Part shown: piece by piece, positions 21,840-36,500 of the stretch
Numbering within the stretch: the first letter of the stretch is position 1
How the letters are laid out: every line of letters begins with the position of its first letter
NCBI RefSeq assembly: GCF_040938485.1
Contig: NW_027271056.1
Span: forward strand, 2,666,001 to 2,730,000
DNA: 64,000 nt
Source: Diadema antillarum
Lineage: Eukaryota
Reading direction: 5' to 3'
The notes under the pieces: model-generated
What the model was told of the DNA's origin: nothing
Database searches by the model: none
The model's input: only the letters and a program-made list of their open reading frames with translations
Made by a program: the position numbers and the translations under genes

Positions 21840-24800
21840 CTAGTAGTTAGATGCTGGGACTTCCTTGATGATGATCCTTGAGGCGCTGTTCCAGCCCGTG
21901 TAGGCGTCGTAGTTCCCATACCCGGAGCAGTCCCCGACCATGAACTTCACGTCCACGCTGCCTGCAGCCACGTTGTGACAGTAGCCTGTAACATGTACAT
22001 AGACAGACAAACATAGCAGAGGAAGCGATATTTCCTTTTGTTTCTATTGGTGATGTCAAGCCTGAGGAAGAAAAACGCACGAAGAAATTAAAATTTACTT
22101 CAAATCACTGGAATATGATTTTTGATTGTATCAATACCTCACCATTTAGACCTTGCTTTAATCTTATTTTTAGACCCTGCCCTCATTTTGCGTTTGGGTG
22201 ATTATGTATTTCCAAAAAGTACTTGCAATTTGTATCAAGAATTCGATTTGTTAATGTGTCGATATCTCACTATTCAAACCTTGCTTGGATCTTCAATATA
22301 CCACGCCCCATTTTGCATTTGGGTGATTTAAAAAAAACTAGCATTTGGAAATGCATTTCCGAAACTAGTTGCAATTTGTATAATGTAACTCACCCTGAAT
22401 ACTCCTGTGCCTGTGTAGATTCATGTGGTAGGTATTTGTTTGGTATACGACGCCGTCAATGGGCGTGGGTGAGCATTCGTTGTCGTTGAAGGTGAAGTAC
22501 CATCGCTTGCAACATCCGTCACACCCATAGAGACGAAGATTTCCTCCGTAATACACCCACAGAGCCGAACTGCTGTCCCGTTTATTGAACGTGCAGGTCT
22601 GGAAAAGATGCATTGATTACAATGAAAATGCATTTCCACATCGGGCCTTGATTTAAGAAAAAAAACAAACAAACGTGATTTTTATATTTTAGCATGATTC
22701 CAGGAAACAGTGATGATTACGAAATTTATCAGGAAAATTACATGACGTTCTGACGTCATGGCCTCAAAGTATCCACCCCCCCCCCCCGCAAATCTTCACT
22801 AAAACCCTTCTTTTTAACAGAAAATCACAAGATCATTTAAGATCACATTTTTTGTGTGATATCGAGATATAAAGTATAGACCTTATAGAGAAAAGGTTTA
22901 GTTGCTAAAGTGTGATTTTTATGACATTTTTTGATATCTTTATGATATCTTTGTGATATCTTTACATTTTTACGATATTTTTTATATTTTGTATATCTTT
23001 TTGCACACTTTCAGTTCTCTAACTAAGATGACATCACCTGTCATTACTAAAGCTAATATGCACATTACGCTCGCGACCAATATACCGTATTATATGAAAA
23101 TATGTGAAACCGTATATTGTCATAACTTTCTCATTCTCATGTACTCATACGCACTTTGTATCCTTCCTCTGCATTAAGGTATGATTCGAAACTACATTGT
23201 ATCAAACACTGACAATACAATAGTCATTCTAAAGTGTTATCTTGAGGCAACGATTCCAAGCAGAATCGAACTGCATTCACTTGTTCCCTATATCCGCTGC
23301 CGATCTTTTGCGATTTCTTTCAAAAGCTAGGGATATCTCTTTTTAAAGCCAGACGGGCAATTAGAAGTATTCAAGCAAAACCAAATCCTTATTTGTGGGG
23401 CAAAGACAAATTAGGCCATCACTCACTCCTTGAGAATTTTGTTGGAGAAATCAACATGTCATCGTTAAATTGGCACCTCTTACTGTAACTTCACATCTTT
23501 TAGTGGAGAAAAGATTACATGTAAAATAGACTTACTCATTAGATACGCACAAGAGTCAGAAAGAAAAAGACAGACGTGTTCCAATTTGAGACGGAAAGTG
23601 GGAACCGTGGTTGTCTAAAACGTGATGCTAATTTAAGACATACATTTCGAATTTAAGAGGCTTCTCAAAGTTTCCTCGCTTGATGAAAGGTGAATTTATC
23701 TTTAAGTTTCTGAGAGTTTTATTTTCCATCGTTTGCTCACTTACGTAGATTGTATCGTAGTCGTTCCCATTAGCAGAATACCAGGCACACTGCTTCCAGT
23801 TGTTGTACTCAAGAAGCTCCCCCGGACCAGATGTTCCAGACGGACCCTTCGGCCCCGGAGGTCCAGGAGGGCCCACCGGACCTTGGGCACATGACTACCA
23901 AAGACAAAAGGAAAAAAACACAAAAAAAGAAGCAAGAACAAATACAAAAACAACAAAACAAAACAAAACCCCACTCTTCCTCACTTACATCTCCAAGCAA
24001 ACTTCAAAACGACAGAAAACAAAACAAACAGCCACCAGCGTCACTTGGACAACCGAGGAAAGTACTGACGTTACTGTGAATGTCATCATGTTTAAATTTA
24101 TCTGGTGTTCGAGTTCAGATGTAAATATATTTCTCTTAATTTGGCGGATAAAGAACAATATTCATATTTACTCATACCAAGTAAAAGTGAAGAACAAATG
24201 AGTGCTGAATTTACTGCAAAATGCCAATAATCCAATCGTGCACAGCATACAGCTAAAAGGAATCATATACATTCAACTTCTGGCAAGTCGGTACCTCATG
24301 GAAGTTTGGAATTGTTGACCATTTACAAAAACACACACAAAAAAAATCAAAACTTAAAACGAGAACAAAATATCATTTGTACTCTTAGTATTAGTTATTG
24401 TTCGTTTGCTTTTTGTTTTTAGCAAGAAGCAAAATCTGAGGTGCTATAACGCCTTCTTATAATATAGCATGTGTTAATGGGCAATGGTCAAGACGGACGA
24501 TATGTCATGGTGTCTATGTCACGATTGAAATCCTATATCAGTCCATTCTTTTTTTTCCTATCCACCATGGGCATTCACTCAAATATCAAAAGATCAATCT
24601 GCATATAAATTGAAAAACTAGAACACTTAACTGATAATGAAGGGGACTTGTCTGGAAGGTTACACATCGATGAAAAAAAATCTACATTAGGCAATGGCTC
24701 TTCCATGCGACTTGATTTTCACACCATCTCCATCAGTGCCCTTTCTCATAAGATAGAAGAGAAGATGCCAATGCTAAATGGGCAATTTGACTAATGTTGA

Positions 24801-25211
24801 TTGTAACGGGCCGACTGGTATATTTGCCTCATTCGTTACGTAGTGAAATCATCCATAAAATTAGTGGAATACAAGATCCACCACCAAAGGAGAAAAATTC
24901 ACACATCTTTCCCTCCCTGCAAACACACAAAGCACACAAAGTTTTGAACTTTATTGACTGCCCTTAAAATTCGGAATAATTCCTTGTCCCCATAAGGAAC
25001 TAATTAAAAATTGGAACGCACATGTCACCAATTTCTTTTCAAACACCATCACTGCAACGCTGAATCGACGACATACGAAGCGTACACTCACTGTACGAGT
25101 TTAAGACACCAGTAGTTATACGTCACTGCTGTGACTTACAGAACTTACCGATCCCCAAGCAAGCACACATGAAACTGGGAAGAAGATCAGAAAAATGAGA
25201 CAATACAGCAT
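21840..25211 (-). CDS. CTHRC1: CTHRC1-like protein, copy B (187 aa)
   Basis: Exons 25211-25149 (MLYCLIFLIFFPVSCVLAWGS), 23894-23745 (SCAQGPVGPPGPPGPKGPSGTSGPGELLEYNNWKQCAWYSANGNDYDTIY), 22598-22394 (TCTFNKRDSSSALW...HRHRSIQ), 21985-21840 (GYCHNVAAG...EVPASNY*). GT-AG introns, phases 0/0/1, no stops. Confidence 0.92.
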
Positions 25212-27018
25212 CTTCTTCACTTCCCAAGTGACTTTAATCCAAGAATAATTCCTTCCGCAGAAGTTCTATATATACAGGATGGATGCTAGCACGACGGAAA
25301 TCCGTATTCTTGCCGAAATCTTGCTTACAAATTCATTACTAAAGTTCGCTCCTTTTCCAGGCGTTCGGAAAAGTTCCACCAAATAAGCAGTCCGATAAGT
25401 TGACTCTTTGCTAACAGATCAATTGGGAGACCAAGAGATATGCTTGATTTCATTACAACCATGTAGTTGTCGGTCTGTCGTCACTGACCGAATCAATATG
25501 TAGGTGTTTCGATTTTTTTTTGCACGATGTTACTGGTTACCTGTTCGGTTCTAACATTATTGTTCGTACACCTCACACTTAATTGGGTGTAGCCTCTGGT
25601 TTGCTACTCCATGTAGTTTTCTCAGTTTAGTAGTGTATTGTTAGATTTCTGGGGTGTAATCGAGGTCACTGCAGGATGCAGACGTTTGAATGATGGCAGA
25701 CATTGCATTCCTATATTCGGCTTAACTTGCTTTTTTTTTTAACCTCCCAGTTTAAGAATACGTCTGCAACAGTCTGGTATATTCGTGCAGTCACAATAAT
25801 ACAATACCGTAGTTTCTTACAATTTATCGTTTGATCGACATTTCCGAATAATCAGTTTCTTAAATGTAACTTCACACCAGTTGAATAAGCTGATAAGTCT
25901 ACGTTATCATTGTCTTAATACACACTCATTCATTTGAACAATTAATATATGTCACTACGACAAGAATGACGACACAACTAAACAACGCACGTAGTTTGTG
26001 CAGGGAGGTGGAAGAACTTTCTTCCACCTCCCTGGTTTGTGCAAGCACAGCTACAAAACACAACAGCTATGACCACAACACCGACACGATCTGAAGATCG
26101 ATACATTCTTCTCAACGTTATTTCGTGGCGCTCTTCTACGTAACTCCTTTGTTGGGCTTGAATAGTATACTGACGAATGGCTCTACGGTCTTTGAAATAA
26201 GATCGCATCATGTGTATGCTTATAACGCAACATTACGTCTTGTAACAGAAAGGAAACGATGTTTTTTTCCAAGTTTTATACCAATACGTATTATAACTGT
26301 TTCTTTTCCTGATGTATTACAGGTGATGAAGTCTACTCATTTTATGCTTATTTGCACTCGAGGTGTATGCCGAGACAGTTATCTTCAATAATTATAATGC
26401 CATGTACTCATTTAACCCAGCGTCTAGGAACTTCTGACATCTATACTGATTAAACAAAGAGGTTAATATACTGTTTATACATCCGCAGCTGCAAACGGGT
26501 CATCAAGAGTTTTATCGCCGACGGTAATAGGCTTCGGCTTCAATTATGGGCTTTCATCCCACTCTCTTCATAGACATACTTTGTCCAACTATAAACTGAG
26601 AAAAGATGTACTCATATACTCATAAGGTTCCATTTTGAGAGAAAAATGAACAATTATGGACGGTCTTCTTTACCACTCCTTCGTGGGTATTTCGTTTCCA
26701 AGTTGTAACACCTTTGACACATCGCCAAAATCTCATGTAAGGCAACAACGTTGGGTTATGCATGCTCTACTAAAAGGCGTGTAGCTGCGTGATGAAAATT
26801 AGAAACTCTCACGTAACTAGGGTCCCTATACCAGGGTCTGTTAGCAGCATGAGGCTGTTGCGACTGATGGTGATTTCTTTCAGCGGGACCATTAAACAAC
26901 AGCGAAGTTCTTTTACTGGAGATGATTCCGAGAACCTCTCTTTTTATTCAATCCCGCATTAGAGTCAGTAGCTGTATAATAAGCATGTCACTTTATTTGC
27001 TGTTGCAAAATCTGTCTT

Positions 27019-30000
27019 TTAGTAGTTAGATGCTGGGACTTCCTTGATGATGATCCTCGAGGCGCTGTTCCAGCCCGTGTAGGCGTCGTAGTTCCCATAC
27101 CCGGAGCAGTCCCCGACCATGAACTTGACGTTCACGCTGCCTGCAGCCACGTTGTGGCAGTAGCCTGTGAGAATTGAATGAGAAATAAAGAGGACGAGTA
27201 CTGTGGTATTACGCCAGATTTTCACAAAGGATGACAAATGACAAATATTCCTGATTCAAGTAATCAGTTTTTGCTGGCGTTGTTTTGATTGGCTCACCAT
27301 ATTTGTCTTGTAAGGCATGTTTTAGAACAGTGCTTATACTGAGGCTGAGGTTTGATGGATAAGACCACAACACTGTAGAGCCATCTTGTCTTTTTCAGTA
27401 TACATGTATATGTATGAATAAAAGCTAGACTGCATGTCTATTGAGATATATTACGCAGATTTGAAATGAGTCCTACATATCTAAATTCTTGCAACCGTTG
27501 AGTCCTTTTCATTTCAAGGCCAACACTGTCTTTAACTATTTTGACGTCATCATGTTGCTAAAACATTTTATCTTGAGTTGAACTTGTCAGGGACACCATC
27601 CCAGGAACATCTAACCATGATGGATCCTCCGTAGGGTCCATGATCTAAACCGTAAGCCTCTTTCACACGAATTGGAAAGTAGTGATTTTTAAGCAAATGT
27701 CCTTCTTTTTCCTAACACGACTTGGAAAGTAGTGATTTTAAAGTAAATATCCTTCTTCTTCCGTACACTAATGATTGTGCCTTAATTCAAAGTTGAGAAT
27801 GTATATCATGTTAAATATACATGATACATTCACGGTATAATAGATGTAGATAGAGATAAACTCACCCTGAATGCTTCTGTGACGATGAAGATTCATGTAG
27901 TATGTATTCGTTTGGTAGACTACGCCATCGATTGGAGTAGGTGAGCATTCGTTGTCGTTGAAGGTGAAATACCATCGCTTGCAGCATCCGTTGCACCCGT
28001 AGAGACGAAGATTTCCTCCATAGTACACCCACAGAGCTGAACTGCTGTCCCTCTTGTTAAAAGTGCATGTCTAGAACAAGCAAACCGTCAAACGAACAAA
28101 CAAGTTAAAAAAATATGAAAAGCATTCTCTTCTTCTATCATGTTATTTCTCTGTAGACAAACTATTGGAAAGTATTTTACATTGTACTTAATAACGCCGT
28201 GTTCATTTATTTGCTCCCAGATTCAAATAGCGTTTCCGAATCATCCGCGTCATCTCGATATTAAGACACCGTAAAAGGAAACGTTAAAAAATTGCTGTAG
28301 TAATTTTTACATTTCAAATTTGTTCTTTCATACTTTGAATATACATTCAACTATTCCCAGTATGAATGTAAGAATCTGAAAATATTTTGAAATTCTAATC
28401 TTTCCATTTGCTTAAAAAATTGTTGTTATAATATCATATGAATTTAATAAAATCGTTCGTTTCTTAAAATGCTTAATCTCCTGCATCTTTTTTTTTTCGC
28501 ATATTGCATATTGTTAGCTTCATTTTGATCACTTCAGTATTTATTGCAATGTAAAATAATAATAATAATAATGATAATAATAATGATAATAATAGTGGCT
28601 ACTTGTATAGCACACAGGTCCACCTTTCAGTGCTCATGGCGCTTCACGAATGAAAAGATAGATCATACATGCATATACACATGTTCAAACGTGACAGCAA
28701 AGAAGAAAATGACAAACAACAAACAAACACATACTAACAACATAATATACCAAATAAAGAATAAAAATGTCCCGAGCATTAATGACAACACTTACAGTCC
28801 TCAGTGTGAGAGGAACAGATACGTTTTAAGTTTGGATTTGAATGTCTCTGTAGATGACAGTTGCCTTAAGTGAATACGTAACTGATTCCACAATTTTGGT
28901 CCCATAACGGAGAAAGCACGATCATCCCATTCATGTTTTACTCTGGGTTTTTGGAGTAGCAATGCATCTGATGATGAACGTAGACTTCGTGTCGGATTGT
29001 ATTTTTGAACTGAGTTACTTAGGTATACGGGGGAAAAAGAATGAACTGAATGATGTACTAATAACAGAATCTTGAAAATAATCCTTTTCTCTACATGCAT
29101 GTAACCAATGTTAGGAACGGAGAATTGGTGATTTGGAATCAAACTTATTAGTAAAAGTTAAGAACCGGGCAGGAGAATTTTGCAACCGTTTAAGTTTTGT
29201 GACATCTTTTACACAATAATCATGATAATGAAGTCGAAAAATCCAACCGAGAAGAAAGCATGAATAAGTATCTCAGCTGCAGATTTAGACAAATATCTCC
29301 TTATAAAACTTAAATTACGCAACTGATATCTAATATTCCGCTGAATTTGAGTTACATGACTTCGAAATGACATTTCCTGATCAAATATAACACCTAAATT
29401 ACGGGCTGTTTTTGACGGAGTAATACAAGTGCTACCGATGTTGACATGACATGATTGGTAATCAACTTTACTTAACATATGCTTTGAAGCCAATAACAAA
29501 AACTCAGATTTATCATTATTCAGTTTAAGGCCATTGGATGTAAGCCAGATTTTCACGTCTTGCAAACATGCTTCAAAATGATTTTTATATTCTGTTCATT
29601 TGTCATTGCCTTGTTTACCTTATTCTCTGCTATACAAAAGACAGTGAAATGTATGTTTTGTCGAAAAATGAAAATGAATGTGAATTGAAATTGAAATTGG
29701 AAATCTACATTTCAGATCCGATTTTTTTTTTGTCTAGCATAAGTGAGACAAGTAACTTGACCTTGAGACAAGTAACAGTGGAAAGTATATTGTCTGGAAA
29801 ATACAATACATGCTATTCAGAAATCACAAGAAAGGTGTTATTTGATGAATAAGGCTTTTGTGTGTATGATAATAGGTAATATTACTATAAGAACATAATG
29901 TCATACTACTGGATGTCCGATAAAGTCAAGTAGGTGATGTAATGACAATTTAGACCTTTTTTCATTGATCAAAAAGTATAGCAGAAACATTGGGTGATGA

Positions 30001-30678
30001 TTAAAAAAAATAACAACATACAAGCAAAAATTGAGCGTTGTCAATATGCGACTGTTCTCTAAACAAACCAGAGGGGTCATTTTAAGACGCACTCACATAG
30101 ATTGTATCGTAGTCATTTCCATTTGCAGAATACCAGGCACACTGCTTCCAGTTGTTGTACTCGAGGAGCTCCCCTGGGCCCGATGTTCCAGACGGACCCT
30201 TAGGCCCCGGAGGTCCAGGAGGGCCCACCGGACCTTGGGCACATGACTTAAACAAACAATAATATCATTTTTGTATAATTCAGCCAATTCAGTGTTGATT
30301 TCATTGTCAATATCGCATGAAAGTAACATGTTCAATATAAACTTCATATTAGATAACTCACACTTTTGTTGACTCTGGAAATGACGATTAATAATGGTAA
30401 TCTAATACGATTTAAGTTTCACGTGATATTCCAGTAGTAGTCGTTATTATGATGATATGGTAAGCATCACAAATTGAATATTTCGCAAAAAAAAAAGAAA
30501 AAAATAGGGTAATACATTTGTTTGTTTGTTCTGCACTTTGTCATGATAGACATTACTTTATATGATAACATGAGATGTATATGTTGTTTCAATGTTCTGT
30601 TTCGATTTTACTTACCGCACCCCAAGCATCCACACTCCTCAAAGTTCCGATTAGAATAAATGACAAGACACAAATCAT
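27019..30678 (-). CDS. CTHRC1: CTHRC1-like protein, copy C (187 aa)
   Basis: Exons 30678-30616 (MICVLSFILIGTLRSVDAWGA), 30246-30097 (same peptide as copy B exon 2), 28070-27866, 27164-27019 (TAA stop). GT-AG introns, phases 0/0/1. Confidence 0.92.
27665..27764. repeat. 2 x 50-bp tandem duplication in intron 3 of copy C
   Basis: acacga.ttggaaagtagtgatttt.aag.aaat.tccttct occurs at 27665 and 27715. Confidence 0.75.
28555..29567 (-). mobile_element. 5'-truncated, decayed L2/CR1-clade LINE in intron 2 of copy C
   Basis: RT C-terminal motifs VKIWLTSNGLKLNNDKSEFLL, ARNLGVIFDQEMSFRSHV, then a frameshifted S.RLD / KLKRLQNSPAR / HWL, then PVYLS...RSLRSSS...RAFSVMGPKLWNQL...FKSKLKTYLF*. Followed by a 3' UTR, a GCGCCATGAGCAC stem-loop tail and (ATT)n. 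Confidence 0.85.
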
Positions 30679-32986
30679 GGTCCTGGAATCCTTCATCGTT
30701 TTAGAGGTCTGTCTGTAATTCCACATATATTCCTGATATGACAGCTCCAACAGATTTCACAACTGGTTTAATAAATGCCGGATACACAAGGCACTGAAGA
30801 GTCTCAACTGCACTACTGCTGCAGCAAGTGCAATGATGGACTCCTATGACTTTACCCAAGGACGCGTGAAAATCTGACTACATTCAGGGCTCTTGCTCCC
30901 TAAAATATAGACTTAATCCTCACCCCAAATGGTTTATCGATTCAGTGTCCACAGCCTCGCTTTGCAAGGGGTACTTTGGTATTGTCCATTGTACTCCGTC
31001 GATAAAGGGACGTCAATACATACTTTCGTCATAATTCTACTTCATCCTAATATCTAGAGTATTTTCTATCGTTTCTGTAGGTCACTGTCATGCCATCAGT
31101 GACGGGCAGTAAAAGAATTACCTTGCCCCCTTCCCCCTTTATTTACCTGATGGGCAAGGGAGAACATAATATCTATAACAATATGCATAGATACATTTCC
31201 CAGTCCATTACTGTCACTCTGTCTTTACAAGGGGCGCAGTGTATGGTTAATCGACACAATGTCTTCAAACGATCGTTAAGCATGACACAATTGAGGTATT
31301 ATTAGAGAGTAAAATAGGATCTTTGTCGCAGTGGTGTTCTAAGGCTGTTTATCCTTCGAAGTGGTTCACTAACACAGGAAGCAGATATCTTTTTTTTTTC
31401 TCACCCAGTAGCCCTCCAGCATTTCACCCTAGTCAGTCACTAAAAGATGTTACCTGTATTGGAGAAACATGTGTGAGTCTTGCTCTTGACATTAGTCCTT
31501 TTTAAACTTCCCGTCATGATGAATAAACAAGTAGGTTAAAAATTATCGCAATTTCCTTGAAGACATTGTTGTGACAGATGGGTTTCTGAAACTATACGAC
31601 TTCTTAAGAATGTATCCATGCAGCATGCACGAAATACACATTTCACAATATTCAAAACAGAATAAGAGATCTTCACGGATTGTACAATGAAGCGTACCTT
31701 TTCATATCTCTCGTATAGTTGCTATATTCTTATACCTATACCGGACAAAATGTTGTTCATTCGCGCTATGTGCGGAGAATGACTCTGACAGTCTTAGTGG
31801 GAGCGGGGGGGGGGGGGGGGGGGTTAGTGTTTAAGATTCTGGGCTTGTATTCGTAAACAAAAGATCTTGTATTGGTATCATGCTGAGTACGTTCATCGTA
31901 TGACATCATGTTTTGCACTCGATGTCCCACACTTGTGTAAAAATGGGCACCTGACAATGCTAGTGTGATAATGATATGATGTCAGGGCCCACTGGAAGAA
32001 CAATATGAAAAACTGAAGAGGATATCCCAATTGCAAAAACCTTTTACAAGCACAATCATGCGTACGATACATTCCATTAGAGACTGACAAACTGTAATGT
32101 CGACATAGTAACCTCCAGCGTTGTGGCGTCACTTTACAAATCTTCGAGAAGTGAAGTCATTTTGCACGCATTATACCTGGTCGAAAGACCGCAACAACAC
32201 AGGAGAAACTACCTTCAACAAACACACGTGCAAACTTTCGTCGATTCCGTGCCTAGTCTACGTGAGGAAGACACAAAAATACTTTTTAATCCTTATCGTG
32301 TACAAGGCATCTCTAAACGAGAACAGCTCAAGAAGATACCAATAATCTTCTGTAAATTCATCTTTCCAACATAGCAAATAATTAGCACTCTATAGCGCTG
32401 AAATACTAGTACACGACAGAAGTCCTGCATAATCTCCGTGCTACAATATCACTCACATTTAAACACATCTCTGCGTTTTCGTCAAACTGTTGATAACCTA
32501 ATAGATTCCTACAAACATTTCTCAAATAGAGGGATCCAAATTGATTGATTTCATCGAAATTCAAAAGCATACGCTTACGCAAGAATGTTAATATGCATAA
32601 TATCTTTCTTAAATTTCACTTTCACGAGACTGATAAATCCAGGCCAACAGAGAACCAGCTGATCTTCTTGTAGTCAAGGAAGTCAGAATATTTCACACTG
32701 TGTCACCGTTGGTACATTACGCAGGAAAAAAATTGCTTGTGTTCGAAGAAAGGCTGACAGCTATGGAGAGTGATTACAATTAGGCTTGTATTATAATCCG
32801 CCATGATTGGCTGATTCAGGTTCCACAAGCACCAATCAGGCACTTTCAACAAGACGCACTCGGATCTCTGAGATCTGTATACAGCTCAAGTTTCACATCA
32901 TAACGCACTGCACTGCCACCAGGATTCAGATGGAGACATCCAAGTCTTGAAACAAGAACACAAAGGAGACTCCTACATGTCTACAT

Positions 32987-33351
32987 CAGGGCCGGCGCAG
33001 TGTTTTCAAAAGTGTGGGGGCCCACTTCCCGGTTTCATGAGCTAACAAGCAAAAAAACAAAAAACAAAACAAAAAAAAAAAAAAAACCGTCCACTTCCGG
33101 GTTTCTTCAGCTAACAAGCAAAAAAAAAAAAAAAAAAGGTCCTCAGCTCATTCTCGCCCCTCCCATTTCCGGGTGTTATAAAAAAAAAGTCTCAGAAAAC
33201 ACCTAACCTTACCGCCGCCATACCTTACGTACTTCCGGGTTGAAAAAAGTGTGGGGGCCCAAAGTGATTACACCTTATGTATTCCTTTGTATGGTGCACA
33301 AAAAGTGTGGGAGCCCGAGCCCCCACGGCCCCCACGGCTGCGCCGCCCCTG
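32987..33351. mobile_element. hAT-like MITE (365 bp)
   Basis: TIRs CAGGGCCGGCGCAG / CTGCGCCGCCCCTG, repeated AAAAGTGTGGGGGCCC and ACTTCCGG motifs, and a 5-bp direct repeat TACAT on both sides. Confidence 0.75.
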
Positions 33352-33539
33352 TACATTCTTCCCCACGCATCCACACGCTTAACCGATCAATGCTATGAGG
33401 AAGCTTGAGTAAGTCTCATTAGTCAATTCTCTGATTGGTTCAGCCACACTTTCGACCTGATGGGAGGGAATCTGGTCAGTAGGAGTCATTTGATGTGCCC
33501 TTGGAATACTAGTAGGATGTCCTCTTCGTGGTCAAGTGC

Positions 33540-36500
33540 CTAGTACCCATACGGCGATGCCGGTACTTCCTTGATGATCATACGAGAGGCGCTGTTCCAA
33601 CCCGTGTAGGCATCCGAAGAGCCGTATCCGTTGCACGTACCTACCATGAACTTGACGTCGATGCTTCCGGCCCCAAGACTGTGGCAGTAGCCTGGCACGA
33701 GGAAACAAGATATAAAAAAATGAGACTGCCGTGAAATCAAAGATAATTTACTGACAAAAAGGGGGTGTATAGTAGAACCAATGGATTATTGACTATGCAT
33801 TCAGAGATGAGTATGACAGGCTCGTATTGTATGGCATGTCCGAGGAGTTGACATCTACATTTGTTCATTAAAACTTGTATGAAGATACTGATAGATGATT
33901 GAAAGCATGGGCTGACGATTATGCGATAGACACATACATTTGCTTCACAGGAAGATGAGTGGCCTTGTCATGAATACTATAATGGTTGATAATTGATATC
34001 ATCAACACGATCAATCCCTGACGTGATGACCATCAAACTATGCAAATATGCATCTCCCACAAAAAGCAGAAGGAATATTTTCTTTAAAACAAGTCCTCCT
34101 TAATCATAAAATCCTCCTTAAAGTAATGTTCTTTAGCTCTACGACAATGAGAATCTTAATATATGAATGAACATTAATTTTGTTTCACTCTTGAATTCCT
34201 GACCATGAATTACTCTACATTTGTTCTTCACCTTGTCAACATCTCTTCTCTTTCTTTCTGTTTTCTTGTCTACAAACCTCTTGTTTTATTTCGTTGTCAC
34301 TCCTGTCGAAAATTTGGTTAGCTCCAAAACGGACACTTTTGATCAATAAGATTTGTCAAAGGTAAGTCAAGTTAGTCAAGGTCCTTTAAAGTTCGTCTGT
34401 CCCATTTACACCTCTAAAAATTAGATGCATTTCCTGAGCAGGTATATCAAAAGAGTAGGTAACTCAGACCTTTCCTGAGACTTATAAAACTGGAAAGACA
34501 TTCATAACGGGGAACGAAAAAATACTAAAGATTTCCAGTGAATTTTGTCGGACCCCGAGAACATTTCAACTGTTTTCTCGGTTCAAAAGGAAAGCGTATT
34601 ATCGAATGACATGGGATTAGTTTTGCAATTCTTTTGCAAATTTTCTGCGGCGTATTGCTGTAAGATTTCATACACAATGTTGGCAGATACTATCCATCAA
34701 CCATACAAAATGTCGTGACTTTTGGATAAGGGATAGTTGCCGAGTAACCTCGTCATACCCCGGACATACACACAGTCACGTGCACTTATTGACGGGGAAG
34801 CACTTTTTAAATCTATGCAATATTAAACTGAGTTTAGCCTTCCACACGCTATATCGTTGGGTGCACAATAACATTTCCTTCTCGTCACCCATAGTTTTGA
34901 TTCTATATCATTTCCTGCCTCTGGTAATAGTTGGTGATATTTTTACCCCCCCCCCCCCCAAAAAAAAAAAAGAAAAAAAAAGAAAGGATTATTCTGCTTC
35001 CCTGCTCTGTAACTGTATTTTACCTTGTATGCTACGGTGTCGATGGAGGTTCATGTAATAGGTGTTGGTCTGGTAGACGACCCCGTCAATGGTGATCGGC
35101 GAGCACTCGTTGTCGTCGAAAGTGAAATACCAGCGAGCACAACACGAGTCGCAGCCGTAGAGGCGAAGGTTGCCTCCATAGTACACCCAAAGAGCAGAGT
35201 CCGACTCGAGTTTGTTGAAAGTGCAGGTCTGAGATAAGAGAATTTGGAGATGAGAGATGTATAACTGGCTTATATCTACTTTATTTTATGTGCTATAACT
35301 GGAAACAGAATATTAAATGTCTTCTGTATGAAAATTCCGGGCCCAATTGATAGTGCTGCAGTTTACGCATGCAAACTTATATGCAAACAACAAACGTATG
35401 CACGCACACACAAATACATACACACACTATTTTGTTTTATGATTTTCTATATTTGAATCTTATTTGATATCAAGCCCATGTTAACAATGACATTAATATG
35501 AACACAAATAAGCAGCTGTATCCTTCTCTCTTGTGCTGCTAAATCATATTTTTTTCAACAGACATTTTGGGGTTTGTTTGTTTGTTGTTGTGTTTTTTGC
35601 AAATCATACCATGTATAAGGAAACTGACATAGAATTCTGCATGACTCTCAGAAAAAGCTATCTCAATCAACTTAATCAAGCAGATCCATATCTGCCTCAT
35701 TACACAAACGCTTGTGCTGCTGATTCACCTTTTTTTTACATATACCCTTTTTGGAGAGCTACCCTATATACAAAAATTACATTAAATTCTGCATAACTCT
35801 TAGAAAAAAACCATCTTGATCAACTCGGTCAAACTAATCAATATCTGCTTCATTGCATGAACTCCCTTACACTCCCTTGAGAATACGGCATTTCCCAAAA
35901 CCTGCAGTGAACTAAAAACAACAACAACAACAACAACTCATACTTACATTAACCGAACGAAATTCATCATTTTTCACCTATCAACCTACCCCCATATCTG
36001 ATTTTGTTATACAAAACCAGGGAGGTTCTTCCCNNNNNNNNNNNNNNNNNNNNNNNNNNNNNNNNNNNNNNNNNNNNNNNNNNNNNNNNNNNNNNNNNNN
36101 NNNNNNNNNNNNNNNNNNNNNNNNNNNNNNNNNNNNNNNNNNNNNNNNNNNNNNNNNNNNNNNNNNNNNNNNNNNNNNNNNNNNNNNNNNNNNNNNNNNN
36201 NNNNNNNNNNNNNNNNNNNNNNNNNNNNNNNNNNNNNNNGTTTTGAGCCTTTCACTGTTTTAGCCTGTTGCCAAGTTCTGCAACCCCAGCACAGTTATAC
36301 ATCATGCATGTATACAGGTGAGTTCCCCCCTTTGTCCATTGTTTCATCCAGTACAACAAGCAGTGCAAAAGATAATAGGATCATGCAGGTCCCTGTCTGT
36401 TGAAAGTGACGACCGAACACATTCCTATTGTTGGTCGAAAACAAGTGGAGGGACTTTTGCTTTGTTGTGTGTTAGCCGACTCCTCGATCCATTCAAGGCC

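Noticed and set aside
25262-25276. TATATATA about 56 nt upstream of the copy B ATG as a TATA box
   Set aside because: Plausible, but not conserved upstream of the other copies and common by chance in AT-rich DNA.
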